This document shows positions 1 through 10,300 of a DNA stretch of 64,000 nt, piece by piece. Location: the NCBI GenBank assembly GCA_963809485.1, contig CAWEJX010000004.1, positions 128,001-192,000 of the forward strand, given 5' to 3'. The first letter of the stretch is position 1; each line of letters starts with the position of its first letter. Position numbers and translations under genes: made by a program. The stretch comes from an uncultured Acidobacteriota bacterium (lineage in GTDB: Bacteria; Acidobacteriota; UBA6911). The notes beneath the pieces are model-generated. The model made no database searches. It saw nothing but the letters and a program-made list of their open reading frames with translations, and was not told the origin of the DNA.

Positions 1-1250
1 TCGCTGTGTCCCCCATCCAGGTCAATAGCAAGAATCCTCAGGAGACCATCCATTCGATTCAGGCCCGGGATGCCGATATTCTTTTCATGTGCAGCATGCC
101 GCGTACGGGAATATCCTCCGGGAACATCGCTGCAGCCATAGGCAATCTGGATATCCCTGTAATACTTTTCCCTCAGGACCTTGACCTGATCATGGTGGAA
201 GCGGACCTGGTGGCGGCGTTTCGGATGAGAGGCACCCCGGCCATGCTTGCCAATTCCGACACACACGCAATGGAGCTTTTAAAAATTGCCGCGACTCCCA
301 GGATACTGGAAGGCAAGCGCGCCGTCATTTTCGGCAGGCCCTTCGACTCGTCCAGCGTGCCGGCCCTTAACCTCAATGAAGACTATGTCTACCGGCACAC
401 GGGCGTCCGGATCAAGTACCGCCCGATAGAGGAATTGGCGCCACTTCTGCAGACCGTCGACGAAGCAAGCGCCCGGAAGGAAATGGAACGGTGGAAAAGG
501 GAAGCTTCAAACATCGTGGAGGCCTCGGACCAGGCGATAATGGACGCATCCCGTCTGTATGTGCTGTTACGCTCCATTGTCGACAAGGAGGGATTGTCCG
601 CAATCTCGATCGATTGCCTGAGCTTCTCCTTTGACGCCAAGCCCACCCTCCCTTATCCCTGCCTCTCGTTTACCAGATTGCGGGACGAAGGGATTGCCGC
701 TCCCTGCGAAGCCGACGTATGCGGGCTTTTGACTTCCATGCTTCTACAGGAGATCAGCCGGAAGCCATCCTATTTTCATAACGTATCCTCGGTGGATGCG
801 AAGAATTCCAGTATTGTGCTCCGCCATTGTGTCGCTCCGCTGAAGCTTCTGGGATCCGATGTCCCGCCACTGCCGTATGTCCTGCGGGACTATCACGGGA
901 TGGGAAGAGGCGTGACGCCGGAAATCGAATACCCGGCGGGAGTCGAGGTCACCATGGGCGGATTCAGCAAAGACCTGAGAAGCTTCGTCTGGTGGCCGGG
1001 AATGATCAAGGCAGGAGTCAACGATAAGGCCCGTCCCTCTTTCCCCAATATGGCCTCTTCTAAAATGCGCCGGTACTGTTCCAACAGGGCGGAAGTGAAA
1101 ATAAAGGATACCGATCATTTTATTCAAAAGATCTCCGGGATCCATCAGGTGATGGTCGCCGGAAGCTATGTGGGTTCTCTGCACGACGCAATGCTTAGGA
1201 TGAATGTAGACCTTATCGGGCCTTCCGATCCCAAACCGCCCGAAGTGTAG
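1..1250 (+). CDS. L-fucose/L-arabinose isomerase-like protein (5' end outside the window)
   Basis: Frame is open from the window edge. Motifs 'LSAISIDCL', 'PCLSFTRLRDEGIAAPCEADVCGLLT', 'HC.AP' and a terminal 'GIHQVMVAG' resemble the fucose-isomerase C-terminal fold. Confidence 0.55.
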   Translation, partial: AVSPIQVNSKNPQETIHSIQARDADILFMCSMPRTGISSGNIAAAIGNLDIPVILFPQDLDLIMVEADLVAAFRMRGTPAMLANSDTHAMELLKIAATPRILEGKRAVIFGRPFDSSSVPALNLNEDYVYRHTGVRIKYRPIEELAPLLQTVDEASARKEMERWKREASNIVEASDQAIMDASRLYVLLRSIVDKEGLSAISIDCLSFSFDAKPTLPYPCLSFTRLRDEGIAAPCEADVCGLLTSMLLQEISRKPSYFHNVSSVDAKNSSIVLRHCVAPLKLLGSDVPPLPYVLRDYHGMGRGVTPEIEYPAGVEVTMGGFSKDLRSFVWWPGMIKAGVNDKARPSFPNMASSKMRRYCSNRAEVKIKDTDHFIQKISGIHQVMVAGSYVGSLHDAMLRMNVDLIGPSDPKPPEV

Positions 1251-1257
1251 GAGGTTC

Positions 1258-1620
1258 GTGGAAGCGGAAAACATGGGAGTGTTCCCAATTCAGTGGCCCT
1301 TGCGAGGGAATCTCGGGCAATCCGCAAGAGAAACCCATGGGAATACATTACTTGGAGCCGTTTTCACGAGGAATCCGGCGGGATGACTCGATCGCTGCAT
1401 GCCATTTCGCACGGAGAATTGGCCGCCGCTTTACAGTACCACTTTGTTCGGACCGGTAGTATTCATTGGAATGCTGCTATATCCTGTGATCTGCACGGCC
1501 GAAGCTATCCGCGGAAAACAATCCACTCCGGGAATCGGCGCAAAAACGACAAAACGGGCTGTCGCAATTCTCGCTCTTGTCTGGCTCGCGTACTGGGTAG
1601 CCCGGCTGTTCCTGGAGTAG
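1258..1620 (+). pseudogene. DUF2752-like membrane protein, disrupted (apparent internal deletion plus frameshift)
   Basis: 'GMTRSLHAISHGELAAALQYH' is in one frame and 'LFGPVVFIGMLL...VWLAYWVARLF' in another. The usual upstream CP..CG segment is missing. AGGAGG RBS before GTG at 1258. Confidence 0.5.
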
Positions 1621-1849
1621 CAGCGGGCTTCGAAGAACAGAGCGAAACGGTCATTCACACGATGGCGGCCGGCTTCACTCTTATACGGGTCCGATTGGCA
1701 CGTCGGCTCCGGGCCGTTAGCCTGAATTTGGCAAATATCCTCCGAGATAGCCGGAAGTTTTATGGTGGGTGTACACTCACAGAGGCTTAATCGCAACCAA
1801 TGAAAAATAATGGAAGTTTCATGCGCCGTGGATAGCTTTAAAGCTTTTT

Positions 1850-1932
1850 GAACCGCGGAATGTCGAATGATGAATATCGAATTTCGAATGTCCTTCTGCG
1901 GTTCGACATTCGAAATTCGATATTCATCATTC
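1850..1932. repeat. Perfect 28-bp inverted repeat built from 7-mer units
   Basis: GAATGATGAATATCGAATTTCGAATGTC (1865-1892) and its exact reverse complement (1905-1932), with a 12-nt loop. Confidence 0.9.
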
Positions 1933-2026
1933 TCTTTTCTGTTTCTTCAGGACGCACCCCGGAACGGTAGAACCTTTTCAAGTCACGCCGCATTAGGCGG
2001 CGGTTTGCCCTAATGCGAATGACAAA

Positions 2027-3241
2027 TTAGGCCAGAAGCTCCTGGGCACGGATCAGGCGTTCCTGCACTCGGACTCCGTTCGGGCACCGGATGGCGCAGG
2101 AAGAGCACTCGCTGCAACGCACGCTGCGGATGCTCCTGGGCAGATCCATGAAATTTAGGCGCGCCTGCTCGAGGCTGCCGCCGAAATCGTTGTAGGCCAG
2201 AAAACGCAGCTCGTCCGTGACCGGCACGCCCTTCGGGCACTCTCCCTTGCACTGGTAACACATGCGGCAGTAGAGTGGGCGGTTCTGCTCATTGCGAACA
2301 TATAGCAGCTTCTCGTCGGCCGGGGTGAACGATCCCGTCATGGCCCGGATGTTCATATCCACTTCTTCGACGCTCTCATGATGCGGAACCGTGGTGCCTA
2401 TCGCGGGATTCCTCAAAACCCATCGGATTGCCGCCACAGGAGTTTCTTCAGCCTTCAGGACGGGCTGTTGGGAAAAATCCTTGGGCGGTTCGGTCAACCC
2501 GAATTCCTCCAGGCGCTTGGGAGGCCACTTCTCCGGTTCTGCCGTAAATTGCCCGGGCGCGGTGGTCAAACCTATGACGACCTTCATTGCCACTACGCCA
2601 ATGCCGGCGTCGCGCAGCTTTTTAATCGCCGCATCCCTGAAAGGAGCGCCAATCGCATAGCTGTAGGAGGTCTGTACGACGTCCAACCCGCATTTGATTA
2701 TGTGGTCCACCATATTGTTCGGGTCATGGGTGCTGCATCCTGCGAAGCGGATTTTCCCCTGCTTCTTGAGCATTTCCATGGCCTCCATCGCTTCTTCTGG
2801 TATTCTTTCCGGCGCATCCCGGGCGGCCAGCAGATAGACGTCCACGTGATCCGTGCCGATTGTCTGCAGGCTGGCGTCGATGTCCTTGAAGATTGCCGCT
2901 TTGGTCGCCCCACCGGTCTTGGTTGATATCAGGATTTTGTCCCTCTTGCCTTTGATGGCTGTGCCAAAGACCTTTTCACTGCGTCCTTCCCCGTAGTGCC
3001 GCGCGGTATCGAAGTAATTGATTCCCCGGTCGATGCAGTGCGCAATGACATCGGTGAGGGGATAGTTGCCCAGGCCGTATCCGACACCCGAAACCTTCAG
3101 GCCGGTCTTGCCCAGCGTTCTATAGGCGATCCCGGCTGGCGCCTGGGATGCCGCTTCAAGGCTGCGTGAAGAGATCAGCTCGGCAGCGGGCAGCATAAGT
3201 CCTGCTTGCAGGAATGTCCTGCGTGATGACCTACATTTCAT
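2027..3241 (-). CDS. Tat-exported aldo/keto reductase with C-terminal Fe-S domain
   Basis: SRRTFL twin-arginine signal; 'YRTLGKTGLKVS', 'GINYFDTARHYG', 'ISTK'; C-terminal CRMCYQCKGECP and CSECSSCAIRCP. GGAGG RBS before ATG 3241. Confidence 0.85.
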   Translation of the reverse strand: MKCRSSRRTFLQAGLMLPAAELISSRSLEAASQAPAGIAYRTLGKTGLKVSGVGYGLGNYPLTDVIAHCIDRGINYFDTARHYGEGRSEKVFGTAIKGKRDKILISTKTGGATKAAIFKDIDASLQTIGTDHVDVYLLAARDAPERIPEEAMEAMEMLKKQGKIRFAGCSTHDPNNMVDHIIKCGLDVVQTSYSYAIGAPFRDAAIKKLRDAGIGVVAMKVVIGLTTAPGQFTAEPEKWPPKRLEEFGLTEPPKDFSQQPVLKAEETPVAAIRWVLRNPAIGTTVPHHESVEEVDMNIRAMTGSFTPADEKLLYVRNEQNRPLYCRMCYQCKGECPKGVPVTDELRFLAYNDFGGSLEQARLNFMDLPRSIRSVRCSECSSCAIRCPNGVRVQERLIRAQELLA

Positions 3242-3494
3242 AGAGCCTCCTCCCGGCAGGGTTTTCAAAATTCGGGATCTAAAATAAGGCTTCCTGAAAA
3301 TCTATTGATTTACACGTTTCCTGCATTGTTGCACGATAACGGCAGGATTTTCAATCCAGTCGGCATTTTTGCAGGCAAGGCGGAAAAGGGCGTGCCCCAA
3401 CCCATGCGTTCTCCTTCGGAGCCCTCTTGTAAAAGTATCCTCCGGCAGAGCCGACGGATTTCCCAATGGATTGCGTGTCTCTGTCCTGCCGGCC

Positions 3495-3530
3495 AGTGGA
3501 AAAATCAGCACTGTTGTTGATTTTTCAACA
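3495..3530 (+). promoter_or_regulatory. Tandem palindromic enhancer sites, probable binding sites for the sigma54 activator
   Basis: TGTTGA-N4-TCAACA (3515-3530) and a degenerate copy AGTGGA-N4-TCAGCA (3495-3510), 20 bp apart, ~75-110 bp upstream of the -24/-12 element. Confidence 0.55.
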
Positions 3531-3603
3531 CCTGCTTTGGCTGGGAAATAAATACCCAATAAATAAATCATTCATAAGCAATTACTTATAGGAATGCATC
3601 CTC

Positions 3604-3619
3604 TGGCTCGCTTATTGCG
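3604..3619 (+). promoter_or_regulatory. Sigma54 -24/-12 promoter of the metal efflux operon
   Basis: TGGCTCGCTTATTGCG has GG-N10-GC spacing. A GAFTGA activator is encoded in the same cluster. Confidence 0.75.
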
Positions 3620-3664
3620 ATTCCTGAAATGGCTTGATTCATCAAAGCCTGAAAGGAGCTGCAA

Positions 3665-4171
3665 ATGAGAAAATCGTATATAAACCTGGCCGCAGTACTC
3701 TTTATGGCCGCCGCTTCCGGTATTGCCGGCGTGAAAGTATCACCTGCCGAACAATTGCTTGGTCAGTATTTCCTGATTCATAAAAGCCTCGCATCGGACT
3801 CAATCGAGGGCGTTTCGGCCGCCGCGGCCAGGATAGCCGACATCAGCCGCCGCACTGCTGCAGCGGAGGTGAACGGCAAAACGCAGTTGATTGCGCTTTC
3901 CGCTGCAGCGGCAAAACTTCGGGCAACCGACCTGAAGTCAGCTCGAAACGGATTTGGCGAATTGAGCAAAAATCTGATTGCATTTTTGCAGGCAAATCAA
4001 GCAAAGACGAATCCCCCCTATCAGTTCTATTGTCCCATGGTCAAAAAACACTGGCTGCAGCCTGCCAAAGAGGTCCGCAATCCCTACTTTGGCAGCTCCA
4101 TGCTCAAGTGCGGTGAATTGGTTCAATCCGGCCAAGCCGCAGGGCAATCCGGCGGACACAATAAACATTGA
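3665..4171 (+). CDS. Secreted DUF3347-type metal-binding accessory protein
   Basis: Signal peptide; 'YCPM...WLQ...VRNPYFGSSMLKCG' motif; first gene of a Cus-like operon. Confidence 0.8.
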   Translation: MRKSYINLAAVLFMAAASGIAGVKVSPAEQLLGQYFLIHKSLASDSIEGVSAAAARIADISRRTAAAEVNGKTQLIALSAAAAKLRATDLKSARNGFGELSKNLIAFLQANQAKTNPPYQFYCPMVKKHWLQPAKEVRNPYFGSSMLKCGELVQSGQAAGQSGGHNKH

Positions 4172-4207
4172 TCCGCAGGCTTCGAATCCGCCTGCAATGG
4201 AAGAACT

Positions 4208-5548
4208 ATGGTTGAGCGAGCCAGATTCAGATCATTCTCTCGTTGGGTTGCTGTGCTGATACTGCCCCTCATCCTGATGCCGCCATTTGCGGAGGCCCAA
4301 GCAGGCAATCCGCAAGACACCATCGAATTTCAGGCGAAGGAAGCTGATGCAGAATTACCGCCTGTGAATCTTGAGCATCTGATAAGGCAGATGCTTTGGG
4401 GGAATCCTGAACTTCAGGCTGCCCGCAAACGCTGGGAAGCAGCCCAAAAACGTCCCGGGCAGGAAAGAGCGCTCCCCGATCCCACGGTCCGCTTCGGCTG
4501 GTCAAGCGCCGGAGCTCCCTATCCGGGAGCAGGATTGGGCAGCGCACCCACAGCGAACCTTGGAATAGAGTTTTCCCAGAGGATCCCCTTCCCCGGCAAG
4601 CGCGGATTGAAAGGCAGCATGGCCCAGCAGGATGCCCGGGTCGAGTCGTTTATGTTTGAGGGCTCCGAATTGAACCTCGTCGCCAGGCTCAAATCCGCCT
4701 TTTACGCACTGCAGTTCGCCTACGACGCGATCGACGTGCTAAACCGAAACCAGATTCTCCTGGAGCGGCTGGCAAAATTGGCTGAAAACCGCTACTCCGC
4801 AGGCCAGGCAACCCAGCAGGACCTCATCAAATCCCAGGTCGAGCTTTCCCTGATTGAAACGCGGCTGCTTGAAGCTGAGCGCGAAAAGCGAAGCATGGTT
4901 GCGGAAATCAATTCGCTGCTGAACCAGGACGTCGGCGCCGGTCTTGGCCGGCCGGATCCCATCGAAATTCCGGCGCTTCCATCCCTTGAATCCATACAGA
5001 AGTCAGCCATGGAATCATCGCCGACACTTCGCGCCCAACGCGCAACCATCGACAGCCGGCGGTTTGGCCTCGAGCTGTCCCGACGCGAACACTATCCGGA
5101 TTTCGAAGTCATGGGCGGCTATTTCAACCAGGGCTCGATGAAGGATATGTGGGAGTTCCGCATCCAGATGAACATCCCGTTTTTTTTCACCCATAAACGG
5201 AGGCTGGCGGTAGAAGAAGCGGTCGCGCGGTTGAGTGAGGCGCAAAAAACCTATGGGGCCGGAGAACAGATGATTAGTTACCGGATCAAGGACCAATACC
5301 TGGCAGCCGAAAATTATCGCCGTTTGATGGATCTCTATCAGAAGCTGATCGTTCCACAGGCGAACCTCGCGCTGGAATCCTCGCTATTCAGTTATGGCAC
5401 GGGGAAGATCGACTTCCTCTCCGTCCTGTCCAATTTTTCCTCGATCCTGGAAAACGAAATGAAGTTCTACGAAAACCGAGCCCGGTTCCTTCAGTCGCTT
5501 GCCGTCTTGTCGGAACTGGCCGGAGAAAGCGCAGGCATCCAATCATGA
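4208..5548 (+). CDS. TolC-family outer membrane efflux protein (CusC-like)
   Basis: Two OEP repeats ('ALPDP', 'QRIPFPGKRGLK', 'YPDF'); ATGA overlap with the adaptor gene. Confidence 0.9.
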   Translation: MVERARFRSFSRWVAVLILPLILMPPFAEAQAGNPQDTIEFQAKEADAELPPVNLEHLIRQMLWGNPELQAARKRWEAAQKRPGQERALPDPTVRFGWSSAGAPYPGAGLGSAPTANLGIEFSQRIPFPGKRGLKGSMAQQDARVESFMFEGSELNLVARLKSAFYALQFAYDAIDVLNRNQILLERLAKLAENRYSAGQATQQDLIKSQVELSLIETRLLEAEREKRSMVAEINSLLNQDVGAGLGRPDPIEIPALPSLESIQKSAMESSPTLRAQRATIDSRRFGLELSRREHYPDFEVMGGYFNQGSMKDMWEFRIQMNIPFFFTHKRRLAVEEAVARLSEAQKTYGAGEQMISYRIKDQYLAAENYRRLMDLYQKLIVPQANLALESSLFSYGTGKIDFLSVLSNFSSILENEMKFYENRARFLQSLAVLSELAGESAGIQS

Positions 5549-6876
5549 AGAATTTTGTTCTTGGATTCTTTCTCGCCGTCATCGTCCTGACTGGCGGTTA
5601 TTTCGCTTACTTCCGACTGAGCGGCGACACGGCCGGAGGAACTGCGCAACCTGCGAGGATCCTGTATCACTGCCCCATGCATCCTACCTATGTTTCCGAT
5701 AAACCAGGAAACTGCCCGATCTGCGGCATGGAACTGGTTCCTATCGAGCCCTCCCCTTCCTCCAATTCGCACGCCGGCCGGGAATCAAACGTGACGGGCG
5801 CTGACTCAGGCCAGGCAAGTGTTGTCGAACCGGCTGTCCCCGGGTATGCGCCCGTCATAATTCCTCAGGACCGGATCCAGAGCATGGGAATCACGTTTGC
5901 CGAAGCCCGCCGCATGGAGTTGGACCAGAGTTTCCGGACCTATGGAAGGATCACCTACGACGAAACCAGGATCCATCACGTCCATACGAAGTTTGAAGGA
6001 TATATTGAGACTCTGTACGCAAATTATGTCGGGGAGTTCATAAAAAAAAGCCGGCCTTTGTTCAGCATCTACTCGCCGGAGCTCTTTGCCACCCAAAATG
6101 AATACCTGTTGGCCCTCCGCGCCCGGGAGCAGATGCCTCAGCTCGGCGGCGACGATACCTTCGCCGTAGCCGGGAATGTGGATCTTGTCGCCGCGGCGCG
6201 CCAGCGCCTCGCCCTTTGGGATATCGGCGACCGGGAGATCCGGGAGATCGAGAAAACCCGCAAACCTATACGGGCGCTGACCATTTATTCGCCGGTGGCG
6301 GGCTATGTTACGGGGAAAACAGCCGTTCAGGGACTGAAGGTAACCCCAGGCGATAACCTGTACGATATCGTCGACCTCTCGGTTGTCTGGGTGCTCGCAG
6401 ACGTCTACGAGGTGAATCTCCCCTTCGTTAACGTGGGCCGGCCCGCCAGCATGACTTTGGCTTACCGGCCAGGAAAAACCTGGCATGGGCGGGTAGATTT
6501 CATTAATCCGACCGTTGATCCGGCAACGCGAACCGTCAAAGCCCGCCTTGAATTTGCGAATCCGGGCAATGAACTGAAGCCGGATATGTATGCCGATGTT
6601 GTCATCAGCGGAACCAGGGGGACGGGTGTTGCTGTGCCGGAGAGTGCCGTGATTGCTACCGGGGAGCGAGATATCGTTTTCGTTTCTAAGGGAAATGGGG
6701 TGTTCGAGCCGCGCGAAGTTATCCTGGGAGTCCGAGTGCGGAATTTATGCGAAATCAAACAAGGCGTCTCGGAAGGCGAAAAAGTGGTGACGGGGGCGAA
6801 CTTCCTCCTCGATTCGGAATCAAAGCTCAAGGCCTCTGTCTTAACCGGGGCCGGAGAGCATGGACATGGCCAATGA
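5545..6876 (+). CDS. cusB: RND periplasmic adaptor with heavy-metal-binding domain
   Basis: 'YHCPMHP...PGNCPICGMELVP'; 'IYSPEL', 'LKPDMYA', 'FLLDSESKLK'. Confidence 0.9.
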   Translation: MKNFVLGFFLAVIVLTGGYFAYFRLSGDTAGGTAQPARILYHCPMHPTYVSDKPGNCPICGMELVPIEPSPSSNSHAGRESNVTGADSGQASVVEPAVPGYAPVIIPQDRIQSMGITFAEARRMELDQSFRTYGRITYDETRIHHVHTKFEGYIETLYANYVGEFIKKSRPLFSIYSPELFATQNEYLLALRAREQMPQLGGDDTFAVAGNVDLVAAARQRLALWDIGDREIREIEKTRKPIRALTIYSPVAGYVTGKTAVQGLKVTPGDNLYDIVDLSVVWVLADVYEVNLPFVNVGRPASMTLAYRPGKTWHGRVDFINPTVDPATRTVKARLEFANPGNELKPDMYADVVISGTRGTGVAVPESAVIATGERDIVFVSKGNGVFEPREVILGVRVRNLCEIKQGVSEGEKVVTGANFLLDSESKLKASVLTGAGEHGHGQ

Positions 6877-6900
6877 TGCGTCTGCCGGCGAGGCTGATGA

Positions 6901-7298
6901 GTCAGGCACCTCCGGCAAAGCCGGAGGCTTGAAAGATTTGAACCGCTCAAAGCGGTTGGACTAGTTACGCCGGTCTTGAACGCTGACTTACGCGGGCAAA
7001 AGCCGATGAGGCGCTTCCGATCCCCGCAGGGGCCAGCGCTCCGCGCTGGACAGTTTTCTGCGGCGGCACTGTGGCAAGCGCCGTGCGGCAAGGAGATGAA
7101 GGGTATGAGGAACCGGGCGTTTGCCACAGTACCGCCGCAGAAAACTCCATCGGAAGCGCCTCATCGGCTTTTGCTCGCCGACCCTCGCCGAACAAATCGG
7201 CGTTTGTCAGCGCTTTTGTCAGCGTATCTCAGCGTTTCAAAATACGGAGCTGTCAAACTCCATAAGTCCCCCGGCAGAGCCGGGGGTTTACCAATAGA
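6901..7298 (-). mobile_element. Non-autonomous IS200/IS605-ended palindromic element, copy A (long form)
   Basis: Subterminal hairpins CCTCCGGC-AAA-GCCGGAGG, AACCGCT-CAA-AGCGGTT and CCCCCGGC-AGA-GCCGGGGG. Near-identical to 50721-51112. No transposase. Confidence 0.75.
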
Positions 7299-7301
7299 AT
7301 T

Positions 7302-10300
7302 ATGATAGAAAAAATCATTGACTGGTGCGCCCGGCAGAAGTTCGTGGTGCTGGTGTTCGCGGCTGCGGTCGTGGCAATTGGCATATGGAGTCTGCAAAAT
7401 CAGCCGGTTGACGCCATCCCCGACCTCTCGGATATACAGGTCATCGTTTACTCCCGTTGGGACCGGTCTCCGGATATCCTCGAGGACCAGGTGACCTATC
7501 CGATCACGACCGCCTTGCTCGGGGCGCCAAAAGTCAAAGCCATCCGCGGCTATTCGGATTTCGGCTTTTCCTATGTCTACATCATCTTCGAAGACGGCAC
7601 GGATATCTATTGGGCTCGAAGCCGCGTGCTCGAGTATCTAAGCAAGGTGATTCCCACGCTGCCGCCCGAGGTGAGGACCGAGATCGGGCCCGATGCAACC
7701 GGAGTTGGATGGGTGTACCAGTATGCGCTCGTGGATGAAAGCGGCACGCACAGTCTGGCCGACTTGAGGTCGTTTCAGGATTGGAATCTCCGCTATGCCC
7801 TGCAGTCGGTTCCCGGAGTGGCGGAGGTGGCGACCGTTGGCGGTTTTCAGAATCAGTACCAGGTCACGGTCGACCGTGAAAAACTGAATGCCTACAACAT
7901 CTCCGTCACGGAAGTGGCCAATGCTGTGCGCAACGCCAACGTTGAATCCGGAGGCCGGTTAATCGAGTTTTCCGGCCGGGAGTATATGGTTCGCGGCCGT
8001 GGTTACCTAAAATCCGAAGGCGACCTCGAACAGGTTGTTATAAAAACCGATAACCGGGGCACCCCGGTTCTGCTTCGTGATGTCGCCCGGATTGAGCGAG
8101 GCCCGGAGATCAGGCGCGGCGTGGCCGACCTGGATGGCAAGGGCGATGCCGTGGGCGGCATCATTGTCATGCGCCACAGTGAGAACGCCGACAAAGTCAT
8201 CAAACGGGTAAAGGCGAAGCTTGCGGAACTTGAGCCTTCCCTTCCAAAGGGTGTAAGGGTCATTAATACCTACGACCGCTCCGAGCTGATCGAAGCCTCG
8301 ATCGACACGCTGAAGCATGAGCTGATTGTGGAAATGATCATTGTCAGCGCTGTGATCCTGGTTTTCCTCTGGCACATCCCGTCGGCGCTGATCCCGATTG
8401 TGACCATCCCGGTTGCCGTGCTTCTCTCATTCATTCCCATGCGCATGATGGGGCTCAACTCCAACATCATGTCGCTGGCCGGGATTGCCATTTCTATTGG
8501 CGTTTTGGTCGACGGAGCAATTGTCGAGGTCGAAAATGCCTATAAGAAACTGGAGCTTTGGACGGAGGGCGGGCGCCAGGGTGATTTTCACGAAGTCCGG
8601 CTCCAGGCTCTCAAAGAAGTGGGTCCCTCGGTTTTTTTCTCGCTTCTGGTCATCGCCATAGCCTTCCTTCCGATTTTCACGCTGGTTGACCAGGAAGGCC
8701 GACTCTTCAAGCCGCTCGCCTTCACCAAAAATTTCGCTATGGCCATCGCAGCTATCCTTGCCATCACGCTCGATCCGGCGATGCGCATGCTTTTTGCCAG
8801 GATGGATTATTTTCAATTCCGGCCAAAACCGTTGGCCTGGATTACGAACCAGTTGCTCGTGGGAAAATATTATAAGGAGGAGAAGCATCCTATCAGCCGC
8901 ATCCTCTTCCGGATTTACGAGCCCCCTGCACGATGGGTTCTTCGCCATCCCAAAACAACTATTGCGATTGCGCTGGTTCTCGTCTCGACCACGGTTCCAA
9001 TCTATTTCCGGTTAGGCAGTGAGTTTATGCCTCCGCTGAACGAAGGCACGATTCTTTACATGCCGACAACTCTTCCTGGAATCTCAGTCGCCGAAGCCCA
9101 GCGCGTATTGCAGCTCCAGGACCAGCTGATCAAGAGCATTCCCGAAGTGGAAAGGGTTTTTGGAAAGGCCGGGCGCGCAGAAACCTCCACCGATCCGGCG
9201 CCGTTCTCGATGATGGAAACGACGATCCTCCTGAAACCCAAAGCAGAGTGGCGGCATAGAATGCAGTGGTACTCGAGGTGGTCTCCCGAATGGCTAAAGA
9301 ATTTGGTTTTCAGGCGAATCTGGCCGGACCGGATTACGTGGGATGAATTGATCGATGAAATGGATGCAACGGTCCGGATTCCGGGCATTACCAATGCCTG
9401 GACCATGCCGATCCGGGCCCGCATCGATATGTTGACAACGGGCGTAAGGACCCCGATCGGCATCAAGATCTTTGGCCCCGACCTGAAAGAGATAGAGAAG
9501 ATCGGCGCCCATCTTGAGGCAATTATGAAGGATGTTCCGGGTACACGCTCTGTTTATGCCGAGCGGGTAGCCGGTGGTTACTTCGTCGATTTTGACCTGA
9601 AGCGCAGCGAATTGGCCCGGTATGGCTTGTCGGTGGCCGACGCTCAAAACGTGATCACGTCGGCCATCGGCGGTGAAAACGTGACAACAACCATCGAAGG
9701 GCGCGCAAGATATCCGGTCAACGTGCGCTATCCCAGAGAATTGAGGGACAACTTTGAGCGTTTGAGCCAGGTTCTGGTGTCGACTCCTTCCGGAGCTCAA
9801 ATACCAATCTCGCAGATCGCCGATATCAAGCGCGTAAGTGGGCCGTCCATGATTCGCAACGAGAACGGCATGCTCGCCGGTTACGTTTTCGTGGACCTTG
9901 CCTCAAAGGACATTGGCGGATACGTCGAATATGCGAAGAAAGTCGTTCGGGAAAAGCTTTCGCTTCCTGCCGGTTATTCTCTGGTCTGGAGCGGCCAGTA
10001 TGAAAACATGCTCCGGGTCAGAGAACGTCTCAAGATCGTTGTTCCCATCACGCTGTTTCTCATCTTCACCCTTCTGTATATGAACACCAAGTCGGTCGTG
10101 AAGGCCTCCATCGTCATGCTCGCCGTACCATTTTCCCTGATCGGCGCTGTCTGGATAATGTGGATCCTCAACTACAACATATCGATTGCCGCCTGGGTCG
10201 GCATGATTGCGCTGATGGGGCTCGATGCCGAGACGGGCGTTTTTATGCTTCTGTTCCTGGATCTGTCCTATGAGGATGCGAAGCGAAAAGGGCAGCTGAG

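Noticed and set aside
4169-4171. Other TGA stops (e.g. 4171, 11269, 33622) as Sec codons
   Set aside because: The proteins appear complete at these stops, and I saw no xxC motif, no recognisable in-frame domain and no matching hairpin at the 11-nt spacing.
6976-7305. Similar small ORFs at 6976..7305 and 50823..51113 (and their antisense ORFs) as a duplicated protein
   Set aside because: They are translations of the palindromic element, and the reading frames are not preserved among copies.
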